Source: Octopus vulgaris (lineage: Eukaryota). From it: a stretch of DNA of 64,000 bases. A program made the position numbers and the translations under genes. The notes beneath the pieces were generated by a model, which ran no database searches, had not been told where the DNA came from, and worked only from the letters and a program-made list of their open reading frames with translations. Below are positions 53,190 through 64,000 of the stretch, piece by piece. Within the stretch, counting starts at the first letter, position 1. Each line of letters opens with the position of its first letter. Location of the stretch: the NCBI GenBank assembly GCA_951406725.2, contig OX597829.1:31372001-31436000 (forward strand). Direction: 5' to 3'.

Positions 53190-53782
53190 GGTAATACACA
53201 GTACAATGAACTGTAAAAGTCAACCGTCTGTCGTACCTACTTACAGGGAGGTAGATTGGACTGTTGATATTTAAGTGTGTTGGTCATGGACACAGTACAG
53301 GGAACTATATTACACTGTAGTATCTACTTACAGCTAGGTAGACTGGACTGTTGATATGTAAGTGTGATATTAAAGGCGGCGAGCTGGCAGAATCGTTAGC
53401 AGGCCGGGCGAAACGCGTAGCCATATTTCGTCTGCCGCTACGTTCTGAGTTCAAATTCCACCGAGGTCGACTTTGCCTTTCATCCTTTCGGGGTCGATTA
53501 AATAAGTACCAGTTACGCACTGGGGTCGATATAATCGACTTAATCCGTTTGTCTGTCCTTGTTTGTCCTCTCTGTGTTTAGCCCCTTGTGTGTAGTTAAG
53601 AAATAGATATTTAAGTGTGTTGGTCATGGACACAGTACACTGAACTATACCACACTGTTGGACCTACTTACAGCAAGGTAGACTAGACTGTTCGTAGTTA
53701 ACTGTGTTGTTCATGAACAGAGTATGGTGAACTATATCACACTGTGGTACCTACTTACAGCTAGGTAGACTGGACTGTTGAG
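53190..53782. repeat. 87-bp minisatellite, about 4 copies, split by a SINE B
   Basis: TACCTACTTACAG..AGGTAGA.TGGACTGTT at 53234, 53321, 53661 and 53748 (87-bp spacing on each side of the SINE). Confidence 0.9.
53375..53606 (+). mobile_element. SINE family B, full length
   Basis: GGCGGCGAGCTGGCAGAATCGTTAGC...AAGAAATAG; GATATT on both flanks. Confidence 0.9.
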
Positions 53783-53934
53783 AGAAATTTGGTCGTTTTT
53801 TTTTCTAGTAAATAAAGGGACCATATATAGGTTCAATCGCTGGCTCTGATCTATCAGTCTGCGAAGGATAGCAACCAAATTTTCCTAATAATATAGCTGA
53901 TCTTGTTGTTGTGGTGGTCACGGTTGCTGTTGTT

Positions 53935-54275
53935 AATGTTTAGCATCTACGCAGATTTAATAAAGTTAACTTATGGTCGACGGCGTTCTAAACATGACCC
54001 GGTCTTTTTCGCATTATTCAAAGTGACATTCTACTTACATTTTAGAAAGTAATGTTGTGTAGCCCTCGGTCAGACTTGATAAAGCTAACCTATGATCAAA
54101 CGTGACCAGCCTGTCTTCTTCAGATTACCCAAATTACATTTTTTAGACAAACTACATTTTTTAGACAGCACGGTTTTTTAGCCCCTGGTCAGTTTTGATA
54201 AAGTCGACCGATGATTGAAGTAATTTCAAATATGACCATCCAGCCTTTTCTTCATCACTCAAACTGACATTCGAT
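53935..54275 (+). repeat. Three diverged tandem copies (~120 bp) of a dispersed repeat
   Basis: TAGCCC..GGTCAG...TGATAAAG...TATGATC...TGACC unit; single related copies near 2080, 52890 and 55060. Confidence 0.6.
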
Positions 54276-54675
54276 TCAAGATGTACCAGAAGGATATCCT
54301 GCTATTATTTCCAGGGTTGTAGTATATGCGTGCGGTCAGGGAAAGACCAACCGTTGATGGTGCACGATCAACCTGCTATTTCTTGCATGCCAAGTATCCA
54401 CTTTAGATACGCTGTAGTTTACACGTAGTCGCAAGAATATTGGCTTTTAGTACTACAACTTAAACCTTACAAATTGCAGGATCAGCACTAATCTATACAT
54501 AATCTATTCATATTTTAGAGAGGGCAAATACAACAGGATATCGTATGAAACTTGTTTAACCGGATCACTGTCTTGTATTTTTCTTGCTTTTTTATATTCA
54601 ATGCGTGAGGAGAAAAATAAAAATAAAGAGATATCTAGGTGACATAATGTACATACATACACACATACCAATACA

Positions 54676-54792
<117 letters not shown>

Positions 54793-54913
54793 ATATACAC
54801 ATATATATATATATATGTGTGTGTATATACACACGTCCGTACGTATGTACACACACACTGATACAGACATATGCATAATATACAGACACACACACACACA
54901 CAAATACATACAC

Positions 54914-54947
<34 letters not shown>

Positions 54948-55155
54948 ATTTATATTCGCACACACATACGTGCACATGAGTGTGTGAGTGTGTGTGAGTA
55001 TGTATGTGTGTGTGCGTGTGGGGAGTGTATGCATGTGTTTATTTCTTATTGTTAATTAACCTCAGGTAAAGTCTGAATTAGTAGACATATGGCAAAAGGC
55101 ATTCCAGCCATGACAATCACGTCATTTTTCCAAACGAGCATAATCATACCGATAC

Positions 55156-55212
<57 letters not shown>

Positions 55213-55392
55213 GCGCACACATGTTCGTATACGTATGTATGAGTATCCATGTAAGCATATATATCAGCCGAAATGACTACGATGATCCGGTTCTTGACTG
55301 AAGACTGAGTGTTTCGAATGTCCTGTCCGTGTTTATTGTATCGTCTTCTAAGAGTTATACGTTCTTGTCCATGTTGTATTTTTCTACATACC

Positions 55393-55483
<91 letters not shown>

Positions 55484-55594
55484 CGATATTTAACCAACTT
55501 GTCCTTCTGTATTTAAGTCAGTATAATGCATTAAATAGAAATTTCGACGCTTTTTCTAGCAGAGCGAGTGACCTCATTCAGTCCTTATCGTCAT

Positions 55595-55886
55595 TGCTTA
55601 GCGGCATTTCGTCCTTCTTTATGCTCTGAGTTCAAATTCTGCCGAGGTCAACGTTTCCTTTTCCTTCTTCCGGGATCGATAAATTAACTACCCGTTGAGT
55701 ACTGGAGTCGATGTAATAGACTATCCCCCGCCCCCAAATTTCAGACCTTGTGCCGATTAGTCAAGGTCGACTTAGCTTTTAATCCTTTCGGGGTCGGTAG
55801 ATTAAATACCAGTGAACCATTGGGGTTGATTTAATCGACTAGTCCCCTCCCACAAAATTTCAGGCCTTGTGCCTATAGTAGAAAGG

Positions 55887-55890
<4 letters not shown>
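55595..55890 (+). mobile_element. Two tandem old SINE B fragments ending in an (ATT)n tail
   Basis: Core motif twice; tail CAGGCCTTGTGCCTATAGTAGAAAGG(ATT)n. Confidence 0.75.
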
Positions 55891-55953
<63 letters not shown>

Positions 55954-56302
55954 CCCTCTCATTGAAAGGTACCCGATTTACACCCGGCCTCTACAACATG
56001 AAGATGCTGCACCCGGCCTCTACCCATGAAGATGCTGCAACCAGTTCTTTCCACACTCAAACATTGTTACGCAAATTTTTTCATTTTCCTAGAAATTGTT
56101 TCTATCTAACCTTCCACTTGGACGCAACAACATACACACAGAGGCACGTACGACATGCATGCACTAGACTACTACATCACACATACATGCACGTGTAGAT
56201 ATCTGTCGGTCAGAAGTTTATACAACTCACCTTACACGCACACCAGGAAGATAGTTATACACACGTTCATACAGGCTGGCACATATATATTTTTTTATTA
56301 AT

Positions 56303-56603
56303 GCGCCCTTTTCAAGCCTAGCCAGGCTCATGGGCCCGGTTTCCCGGTTTTCTATGGCGTATGTGTTCCCCCCAGCCGGATGGGACGCCATTCCATCGCA
56401 GCGTTACTCAAGAAACAAGAAGAAAGAGTGAGAGAAAGTTGGGGCGAAAGAGTACAACAAGGGTCGTCACCACCCCCTGCCGGAGCCTCGTGGAGCTTTT
56501 AGGTGTTTTCGCTCAATAAACACACACAACGCCCGGTCTAGAAATCGAAACCGCGATCCTCCGACTGCGGGTCCGCTGCCCTAACCACTGGGCCATTGCG
56601 CCT

Positions 56604-56605
<2 letters not shown>
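56303..56605 (-). mobile_element. SINE family C (V-SINE-like core)
   Basis: Head GGAGGCGCAATGGCCCAGTGGTTAGGGC...GGTTTCGATTTC; core GCTGCGATGGAATGGCGTCCCATCCGG. Confidence 0.8.
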
Positions 56606-56655
<50 letters not shown>

Positions 56656-57384
56656 GCATATAAGAATTTTTGTTTGTCGCTATACTCGTACTCAAAAGTC
56701 CACACGCACATATTGATACATAGGTGTGAGTGTGTACGTGTGTGTGTAGTGTGTGTGTGTGTGTGTAGTGTATGTGCGTGTGTGTGTGTGTGTGTATGTG
56801 TGTGTGTATATGTGTGTGTATATATATACATAAAAGACATACAGATAGCACCCCTCCCCCAACACACAGACGCACGCGCTCAGATACATTTATCATTGGT
56901 CGTCAGGGCGATCCTCTGTCCGTGGGTCCCTGGATGGTTCCTAGTAGGAGGCTTTTCTGTTTCAGGAAAACTGCATCGTACATGTGTCCACATATTTTGT
57001 AAATTATGTATAAGGGTACACTAGGTACATGCATGGCTCTTTACTTTCGGAGTTCAAATGCTCCCGAAGTCGACTTTGCCTTTCATCTTCCCGGAATCGT
57101 TAAAATATGAACCGGTTTAAAACTGAGGTTGATATAATTGACTAACATTCGCCCCCCAAAAAATTTCAGTTCCTGTTTCTATATAAAGGATTATTATCAT
57201 TGATATTGCTAAGGAATTAGAAAAAAAAAAAAACGACATTGGATCTTCCCTTCAGCGAAGTAAAATAAATAAGCCAATATACACGATACGTGAAAAAGTA
57301 AAAGATAACCGGATCATTAATGAACATAATTGTTCATTTCTAAATTAATTGTTGCTAAGGAACAATCCAGTTTTCTTTTACTTC

Positions 57385-57750
57385 TCAACCACATATTCCG
57401 GGTTCAGTCCTACTGCGTGACACCTTAGGCAAGTGTTTTCTACTATAGCCTCGGGTCGACCAAAGCCTTGTGAGTGGATTTGGTAGATGGAAACTGAAAG
57501 AAGACCGTAGTATATATATTTATATATTTGTGGTGTATAAGTTTCTTTGTTTATCCTCGTCACCGCTTGACCATCGGTATTGGTGTGTTTACGCTCCCGT
57601 AACTTAATGGTTCTGCAAAAAAGGCCGATGGAATAAGCAGCAGATTTTAAAATATAAGACCTGGGGTCGATTTGTTCGGCTAAAACCCTTCAAGACAGTG
57701 CTCCAACATGACCGCAGTCTAATGACTGAAGCAAGTAAAAGAATAAAACG
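57385..57750 (+). mobile_element. SINE family A, older copy
   Basis: CCGGGTTCAGTCCTACTGCGTGACACCTTAGGCAAGTG...ATGACTGAAGCAAGTAAAAGAATAAAA. Confidence 0.8.
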
Positions 57751-57759
57751 AGCCAGAAT

Positions 57760-58720
57760 CAGCACCAAACTGGATGCTGGATGGACAAACCAGCCTAATT
57801 CCTAAAAACAAAGACATCGTTCACCCATAAAATTATAGGTCAATAACATGCCTATCAACAATCCACAAAACCCTCACATCAGTCATCTGTAACCGGCCTA
57901 TAATACACCCAGCTTCTTGCTGATAGACATTGCAGTCCCTTCTGACAAAATAATGTCCAAAAAGAAGTGGAGAAATTGTCAAAGTGCAAAGAAGTATTCA
58001 AGATGTAGGGCATGAAAGTGAAAACAATACTAATAACAATTGGAACATTGGGCATGATAAAAAAAACATAAACTATACTTGGACCTCAACACTACACACT
58101 ATCCAACAATTGCCCTGCTAGGAACAGCCTACATCCCACGCAAGACGCTATCAGTTCAGTAATACAGCACAAGCAAAACAACCCACAAACACAAGACAAA
58201 TATCTAATAAAATAAACAATTACTGGCAGGCTATGTACTCAACAGTTGAACATAACTCGCATTACACACACAGCACACAGTACAAACACTAATATAACAT
58301 AATATTCCAACCAAACCCAATAACAAAAAGAAACTGACGTAATACAATACCTATTTCTTCATTACCCACAAGGGGCTAAACATAGAGGGGAAAAACAAGG
58401 ACGGACATAGGTATTAAGTCGATTATATCGACCCCAGTGCGTAACTGGTACTTAATTTATCGAACCCGAAAGGATGAAAGGCAAAGTCGACCTCGGCGGA
58501 ATTTGAACTCACAACGTAACGGCAGACGAAATACTGCTAAGCATTTCGCCCGGCGTGCGAACGTTTCTGCCAGCTCGCCGCAATACAATACCGGGAAGAG
58601 TCTGCACTCCCCAGCGACAAAAAAGAACATACAATGCTGCACACACCCTAGCAACACAGAGGTGTAGCAGGTGATGCAGTAGAAATTTGCCTGAAACTAC
58701 AAAATGTTGAATAATGATCA
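57760..58720 (+). pseudogene. Internally deleted R4/Dong-like LINE with an inserted SINE B
   Basis: PNWMLDGQTSLIPKNKD..NYRSITCLSTIHKTLTSVI (RT start) jumps to LLIDIAVPSD..KEVEKLSK..TIGTLGMIKK (REL end). Confidence 0.75.
58351..58580 (-). mobile_element. SINE family B with TSD AATACAATAC
   Basis: Full unit; duplication at 58341-58350 and 58582-58591. Confidence 0.9.
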
Positions 58721-58836
58721 ATCTAGTATGTTTATTTTAATAGCCTACTACTGTATACAGTACGTTTCTCTGCCCTAGGTGTCAGAAAGGCACTTGGCAA
58801 GAAATGGAAGCAAAATTGAAAGAAGATGCTAATGAA

Positions 58837-58923
<87 letters not shown>

Positions 58924-59051
58924 CCTTTCTACTATAGGCACAAGGCGGGGATGGGGGACTGGTTGTTTACATCGACTCCAGTGTACTTAATTTATCGACC
59001 GACTCCGAAGCGGTGAAAGGCAAAATCGACCAGAATTTGAACTCAGAACGT

Positions 59052-59551
59052 AGTGACAAATATAAAGACCTTGAAATAGAAATTGGCAAACGGTGGAACT
59101 TCAAGACTAAAACAATATCTGTTAGCATGAGTACACTAGGAATCATAGCAATAGGGACTGATTGCTACCCTAGCACAGATACAAGGAAATCCAAAATTGA
59201 AAGAAATTTAAAAAATAGTGCTCATGGGAACTGTTCATATCCTATGAAGAATATTGTCTATGTAAACCCCAAAACATTTTAATCTGTAAACAGTGTTAAA
59301 ATACTTTTAAATGTACATAATAGCAAACACCTTTCACTGTCATTTTAAGGTCACACAATCATCTTATAATCAAATTACTTCGAAAGCAAAATTGTAATTT
59401 TCTTATGTTTTAGCAGATATTCTCTAGAGCAAAACCTAAAGTATAGTACCCTTGTCTATATACCGACTTGAACTTCTGACTTGTCTTTTGCTGTCTCTGA
59501 GTGACTTGGAGGCAACTAATACAAACACAAAACACAAAACAAAGCCAAACA

Positions 59552-59552
<1 letters not shown>
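59052..59552 (+). mobile_element. 3' fragment of an R4/Dong-like LINE ending in (AAT)n
   Basis: DKYKDLEIEIGKRWNFKTKTI..LGII, then a 3' UTR and (AAT)n from 59553. Confidence 0.75.
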
Positions 59553-59621
<69 letters not shown>

Positions 59622-59623
<2 letters not shown>

Positions 59624-59820
59624 CTTTTCTACTATAGGCACAAAGCCTGGAACTTTGGAGTGGGGGATAATCGATTACATTGAGACCAGTACGAAACCGG
59701 TACTCATTTCATCGACCCCGAAAGGATGAAGGGGAAAATCGACCTCGGCGGAATTTTAACTCAGAATGTAAGGACGGACGAAATGCCGCTAAGCATTTTG
59801 CCGGGCGTGCTAGCAATTCT
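59622..59820 (-). mobile_element. Old SINE B with (ATT)n tail
   Basis: CGACCCCGAAAGGATGAAGGGGAAAATCGACCTCGGCGGAATTTTAACTCAGAA. Confidence 0.8.
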
Positions 59821-59840
59821 GCACAATAATAATAATAATA

Positions 59841-59907
<67 letters not shown>

Positions 59908-59909
<2 letters not shown>

Positions 59910-60464
59910 GCCCTGATGCAGTACCAGGCAGTGGCTCTCATGGCTTCTGGTCTTAACTGATTGGAAGTGTTATCATGTACATTGTTTTGTCTTGGTATAA
60001 AAGATGGGCTACAGCAAATATTCTGCTCAATACCGCAGATTTGCTTGTCAGTTGTTTGACCTTAACCAGTTGAGCATGTCCCTTAGTGGCTGACGATATG
60101 TGCATCTCTGATCACGAGCAGAAGTAGTGGGGGAGCATCATAGCCATGTGTTGAGAGGGATTCTTTGGGGTTTGAATAATTCACCTCTGGAAACATGGGT
60201 GGTTCTTTCAACATCCTTAAACAACCCTTATTCAGGGACCTTTTGAGCGGGATGGGCTACTCAACCTGAAGAAAATTCTAACTGGGCCCCACCTGCAAGG
60301 TCATGTGCTGTTTATCTTGATATGAGATCACCATGTCGCGCACATATGGTTGTGATGCATGTGCCTGGTGTACCTTTATCAGACGGGTAGTCATGATGGG
60401 TATATTGGGCTTCGTATATTTTACCCCAGTGTCACTTTGATGGCATGCACTGCTCTCTCACTCA
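59908..60464 (+). mobile_element. Non-coding ~557-bp element embedded in (AAT)n (probable LINE 3' UTR or derived SINE)
   Basis: Unique sequence with sharp boundaries, (AAT)n on both sides, no ORF. Confidence 0.55.
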
Positions 60465-60491
60465 ATAATAATAATGATATTATTATTATTA

Positions 60492-61699
60492 TTTCCAGCC
60501 GTATAAGGTCTCTACCACCTTCTATACGTTGAAAGACTATATATACAACGTATAGAAGGTGGTAGAGACCTTATACAGCTGGAAAACTACTATAAAATAA
60601 CCACCATAGGACTGCAAAAATATCTACTTCAGAAGGAAGGAAAACTGATACAAATAGCGGCAAAACACGAGCAAAACAAAAAACTGTTCTCAGTATTTAA
60701 GGAAGCTGACAAATACAAACAAGAAATCATACCACCTAGCAAATATGAAGAAAAAGAAGAAGATGAAGAAACAACAAAAGCTATAAAACAAATGAAATCC
60801 AAGCTAAAAATAGAACAGCAACGAACCATGATAAAACGGTGGCAAGAAAAGCCCATTCATGGCAACTACTGGACTAAACAAATGCAAAAGAAATAGACAA
60901 AGAAAAATCCCAGCAATGGTTGAGAAGCTCAGGACTCAAAGCAGAGACAGAGGGATTTTTAATTGCAGCACAAGACCAAAGCCTCCCCACCAGAAATTAC
61001 CAAAAACATGTAATGAAAAGAAATATAACAAGTAACTGCAGAATATGTGGAGATGGACAAGAAACAATAAATCATATTATCTCTGGCTGCCTAATCCTGG
61101 CTAAGAAGGAATATATTCACAGACACGACAGAGTTGGAACGTACATACACTGGAAGCTATGTCAACATTATGGAATAACAACAGAAAAAAGATGGTATAG
61201 GCACACACCAGAAAAGGTCACAGAAAACGAGAAAGCAACCATACTCTGGGATATGCCGATACATACAGATAGAGAAATTAAGGCCAACAGACCAGATATA
61301 GTTGTCAGAGATCATGAAGAAAAAAATGCTTTCTAATTGATGTATCAATACCAGCAGATGACAACGTGTCTCTAAAAGAAATGAAGAAACTTTCAAAATA
61401 CAAAGACCTGGAAATAGAGGTAACCAGAATGTGGAATCTAAAAACAGAAACAATTCCTATCATAGTAGGTGCCTTAGGCATGATAAAAAAATATTCAGAC
61501 AAATACATAACAAAAACACCAGGACTTACAAACACATATAACATACAGAAAATTGCACTACTAGGCACTGCACACATCCTACGCAGAACACTTTCCATAC
61601 AATAACCATCAGAGCATCACAACAAACCACATCACATACCCAAGGCACACAGAGCTGCGCTCGGTAGTGAAGTGAAAGCATGCAATAAAAATAAAACTA

Positions 61700-61702
<3 letters not shown>
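60492..61702 (+). pseudogene. 5'-truncated R4/Dong-like REL LINE inserted in (AAT)n
   Basis: RLYIQRIEGGRDL; ETEGFLIAAQDQSL; zinc knuckle CRICGDGQETINHIISGC; RHD; NRPDIVV..LIDVSIP..KLSKYKDL..IVGALG. Two frameshifts; stop at 61605; ~95-bp 3' UTR then (AAT)n. Confidence 0.95.
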
Positions 61703-61776
<74 letters not shown>

Positions 61777-61802
61777 TGATAATAATAATAATAATAATAA
61801 TA

Positions 61803-61804
<2 letters not shown>

Positions 61805-61833
<29 letters not shown>

Positions 61834-62562
61834 TGCATGTATGTATGTACGTACGTATGTATGTACGTATGCATGTATGTATGTACGTACGTGCGTATGT
61901 ATGTATATTATGTATGAATGTATATATGTATGTATATATGTATGTATGTAAGTATATATGAATGTACGTATTTATAAATGTATGTAAGTACATATAAATG
62001 TATGTATCAATGTATGTAAGTATATATGAATATATATGTATATGTTAGTGTATATGTATGTGTGTCTCTTTATGTATCTATGTATGCATGTATGTATGTA
62101 TATATGTAAGCATGCATGTATGTATACATGCATGTTTATATGTATACATGCATGTATGTATGTATGCATTTATGTATGTATGTATGTATGTATGTATGTA
62201 TGTATGCATGCATGTATGTATGTATGTATGTATGTATCCATGTATACATGCATGCATGAATGCATGTATGTATGTATGCATGCTTGCATGCATGTATGTA
62301 TGTATGACTGTATGTATGTATGTATGGATGTATATATGTATGTATGATTGTATGTATGCATGCATGCATGCATGTATGTATGCATGTATGTATGTATGTA
62401 TGTATGTATGTATGTATGTATGTATGTATTTATGTATGTATATATCTGTGTATGTATGTATGTATGTATGTATGTCTGTATGTATGTATGTATGTATGTA
62501 TGTATGTATGTATGTATGCATGTATGTATGTATGTATGTACGTATATATCTGTGTATGTATG

Positions 62563-62596
<34 letters not shown>

Positions 62597-62785
62597 TTAT
62601 GTATGTATGTATGTATGTATGTATGTATGTATGTATGTATGCATGCATGTATGTATGTATGTATGTATGTATGTATGTATGCATGTATGTATGTATGTAT
62701 GTATGTACGTATATATCTGTGCATGTATGTATGTATGTATGTATGTATGTATGTATGTATGTATGTATGTATGTATGTATGTATT
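61805..62785. repeat. About 1-kb degenerate (TATG)n tract
   Basis: Direct reading. Confidence 0.95.
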
Positions 62786-63075
62786 CCTTTCTCAATAGAA
62801 AACTTTATTTGCGTCTTTCAAAAATAAAATTCCAAAAACCTACTCACTAACAAACAGGACAAGTCTTTCTAGTTTGACTCAAAATACTTTCTGGTTTCAT
62901 TTGTGTATTTACGTATGGTGTGTATGTATGAGTATATATGCGCGCATGTAAACGCATTTATATATATATCCATATATATATATATATGTGTCTGTGTGCG
63001 TGTGTGTGAGTGTGTGTGTATGTGTACGTGCGTACGTATGAATCTACACAAACACCCAAGCACATGCGCGCGCAG

Positions 63076-63115
<40 letters not shown>

Positions 63116-63324
63116 ACAGGAAAGCGTGTAATTGCGTTTGTATGACTGTCTGAGTATGTATATGCATAAATGAGCGAAGGAAAGCATACAGCGGGTGTAT
63201 ATGCGTGTTGTTTCCACTCGAAATAGAAATATTTCAAATAATTTGCAAATCATATCTTAATTACATGTAAACATGTATATATGTGTGTCTGTCTGTCTTC
63301 CTGTCTGTCTATCTGTCTGTCTGT

Positions 63325-63530
63325 TTGTCCCTACCACCATCGCTTGACAACCGATCATGGTGTGTTTACGTCCTCGTAAGGTAGCAGTTCAGCAGAAGAG
63401 ACCGATAAAATAAGTTCTGGGCTTACAAAGAATAAGTCCTGAAGTCGATTTGTTCGACTAAAGGCGGTGCTACAGCATGGCCGCAGTCAGATGACTGAAA
63501 CAAGTAAAAGGATTAAAGAATAAAAGAATA
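63325..63530 (+). mobile_element. SINE family A, 3' half
   Basis: ATCGCTTGACAACCGAT...GACTAAAGGCGGTGCTACAGCATGGCCGCAGTCAGATGACTGAAACAAGTAAAAG. Confidence 0.8.
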
Positions 63531-63864
63531 TGTACGATTGCAAATATATATGCATGCTTGTATTTATGCATTTTCCATGCACGTATAAATATAAGAATAT
63601 TTGCATGTATGTAGGCATACACAGATTCATGTATGAATATATTCATGTTTGTAGGTAAGCAGATACAAAATCATATCCGTATAGATTTAAGTTATCTAGG
63701 AAACCAAGGCCTATGATGAAACTTTTCGTTAGCTAATAACGTGGATCAAACCGACTGTTTCATTTTATCATTTGCTAATTCTTTATAATTCACACACCTC
63801 TCCCACACAAACTGTAAATGTAAGTAGCTGTAATTACTTATTAATGTTGGAAATAAACATAAGC

Positions 63865-64000
63865 CGGCGAGCTGGCAGAATCGTTAGCACGCCGGACAAA
63901 ATGTTCGACAGCATTTCGCCCGTCTTCTACGTTCTGAGTTCAAATTTCACTGACATCAACTTTGCTTTCATCGTTTGGGGTTAATAAAATAAGTACCAGT
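63865..64000 (+). mobile_element. SINE family B, runs off the window end
   Basis: GGCGAGCTGGCAGAATCGTTAGCACGCCGG...GTTCTGAGTTCAAATT. Confidence 0.8.

Noticed and set aside
53190-53782. CRISPR-like or zinc-finger-coding interpretation of the 87-bp array
   Set aside because: Whole units are homologous with no unique spacers, there are no cas genes, the context is eukaryotic, and the unit has stops and no C2H2 pattern.

Overview
AT-rich, microsatellite-saturated eukaryotic DNA, most likely from an octopus or other coleoid cephalopod (inferred from the tRNA-derived SINE families and the simple-repeat density; not provable from this window). Almost all ORFs in the supplied track are simple-repeat artefacts. 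The only credible host coding sequence is a minus-strand terminal exon (16554-15932, about 207 codons, unidentified protein), with two weak candidate upstream first exons. The rest is intron-like and full of mobile elements: a decayed L1/Tx1-clade LINE, several R4/Dong-like restriction-like-endonuclease (REL) LINE fragments in (AAT)n and (CATA)n tracts, three SINE families (one with a V-SINE-like core), non-autonomous Helitrons (including a near-identical inverted 1.17-kb pair), TIR elements/MITEs and Penelope-like (PLE) fragments. The most notable signals are: (i) several minimal hammerhead ribozyme motifs, two with intact cores, plus long fold-backs whose loops contain decayed hammerheads; (ii) SINEs inserted at the same internal position of their own family, one with a ~68-bp homology-mediated duplication; (iii) REL LINEs apparently associated with (CATA)n; (iv) abundant dsRNA-forming inverted repeats. 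All calls come from reading the sequence by eye; no database search was run, and many boundaries are approximate.
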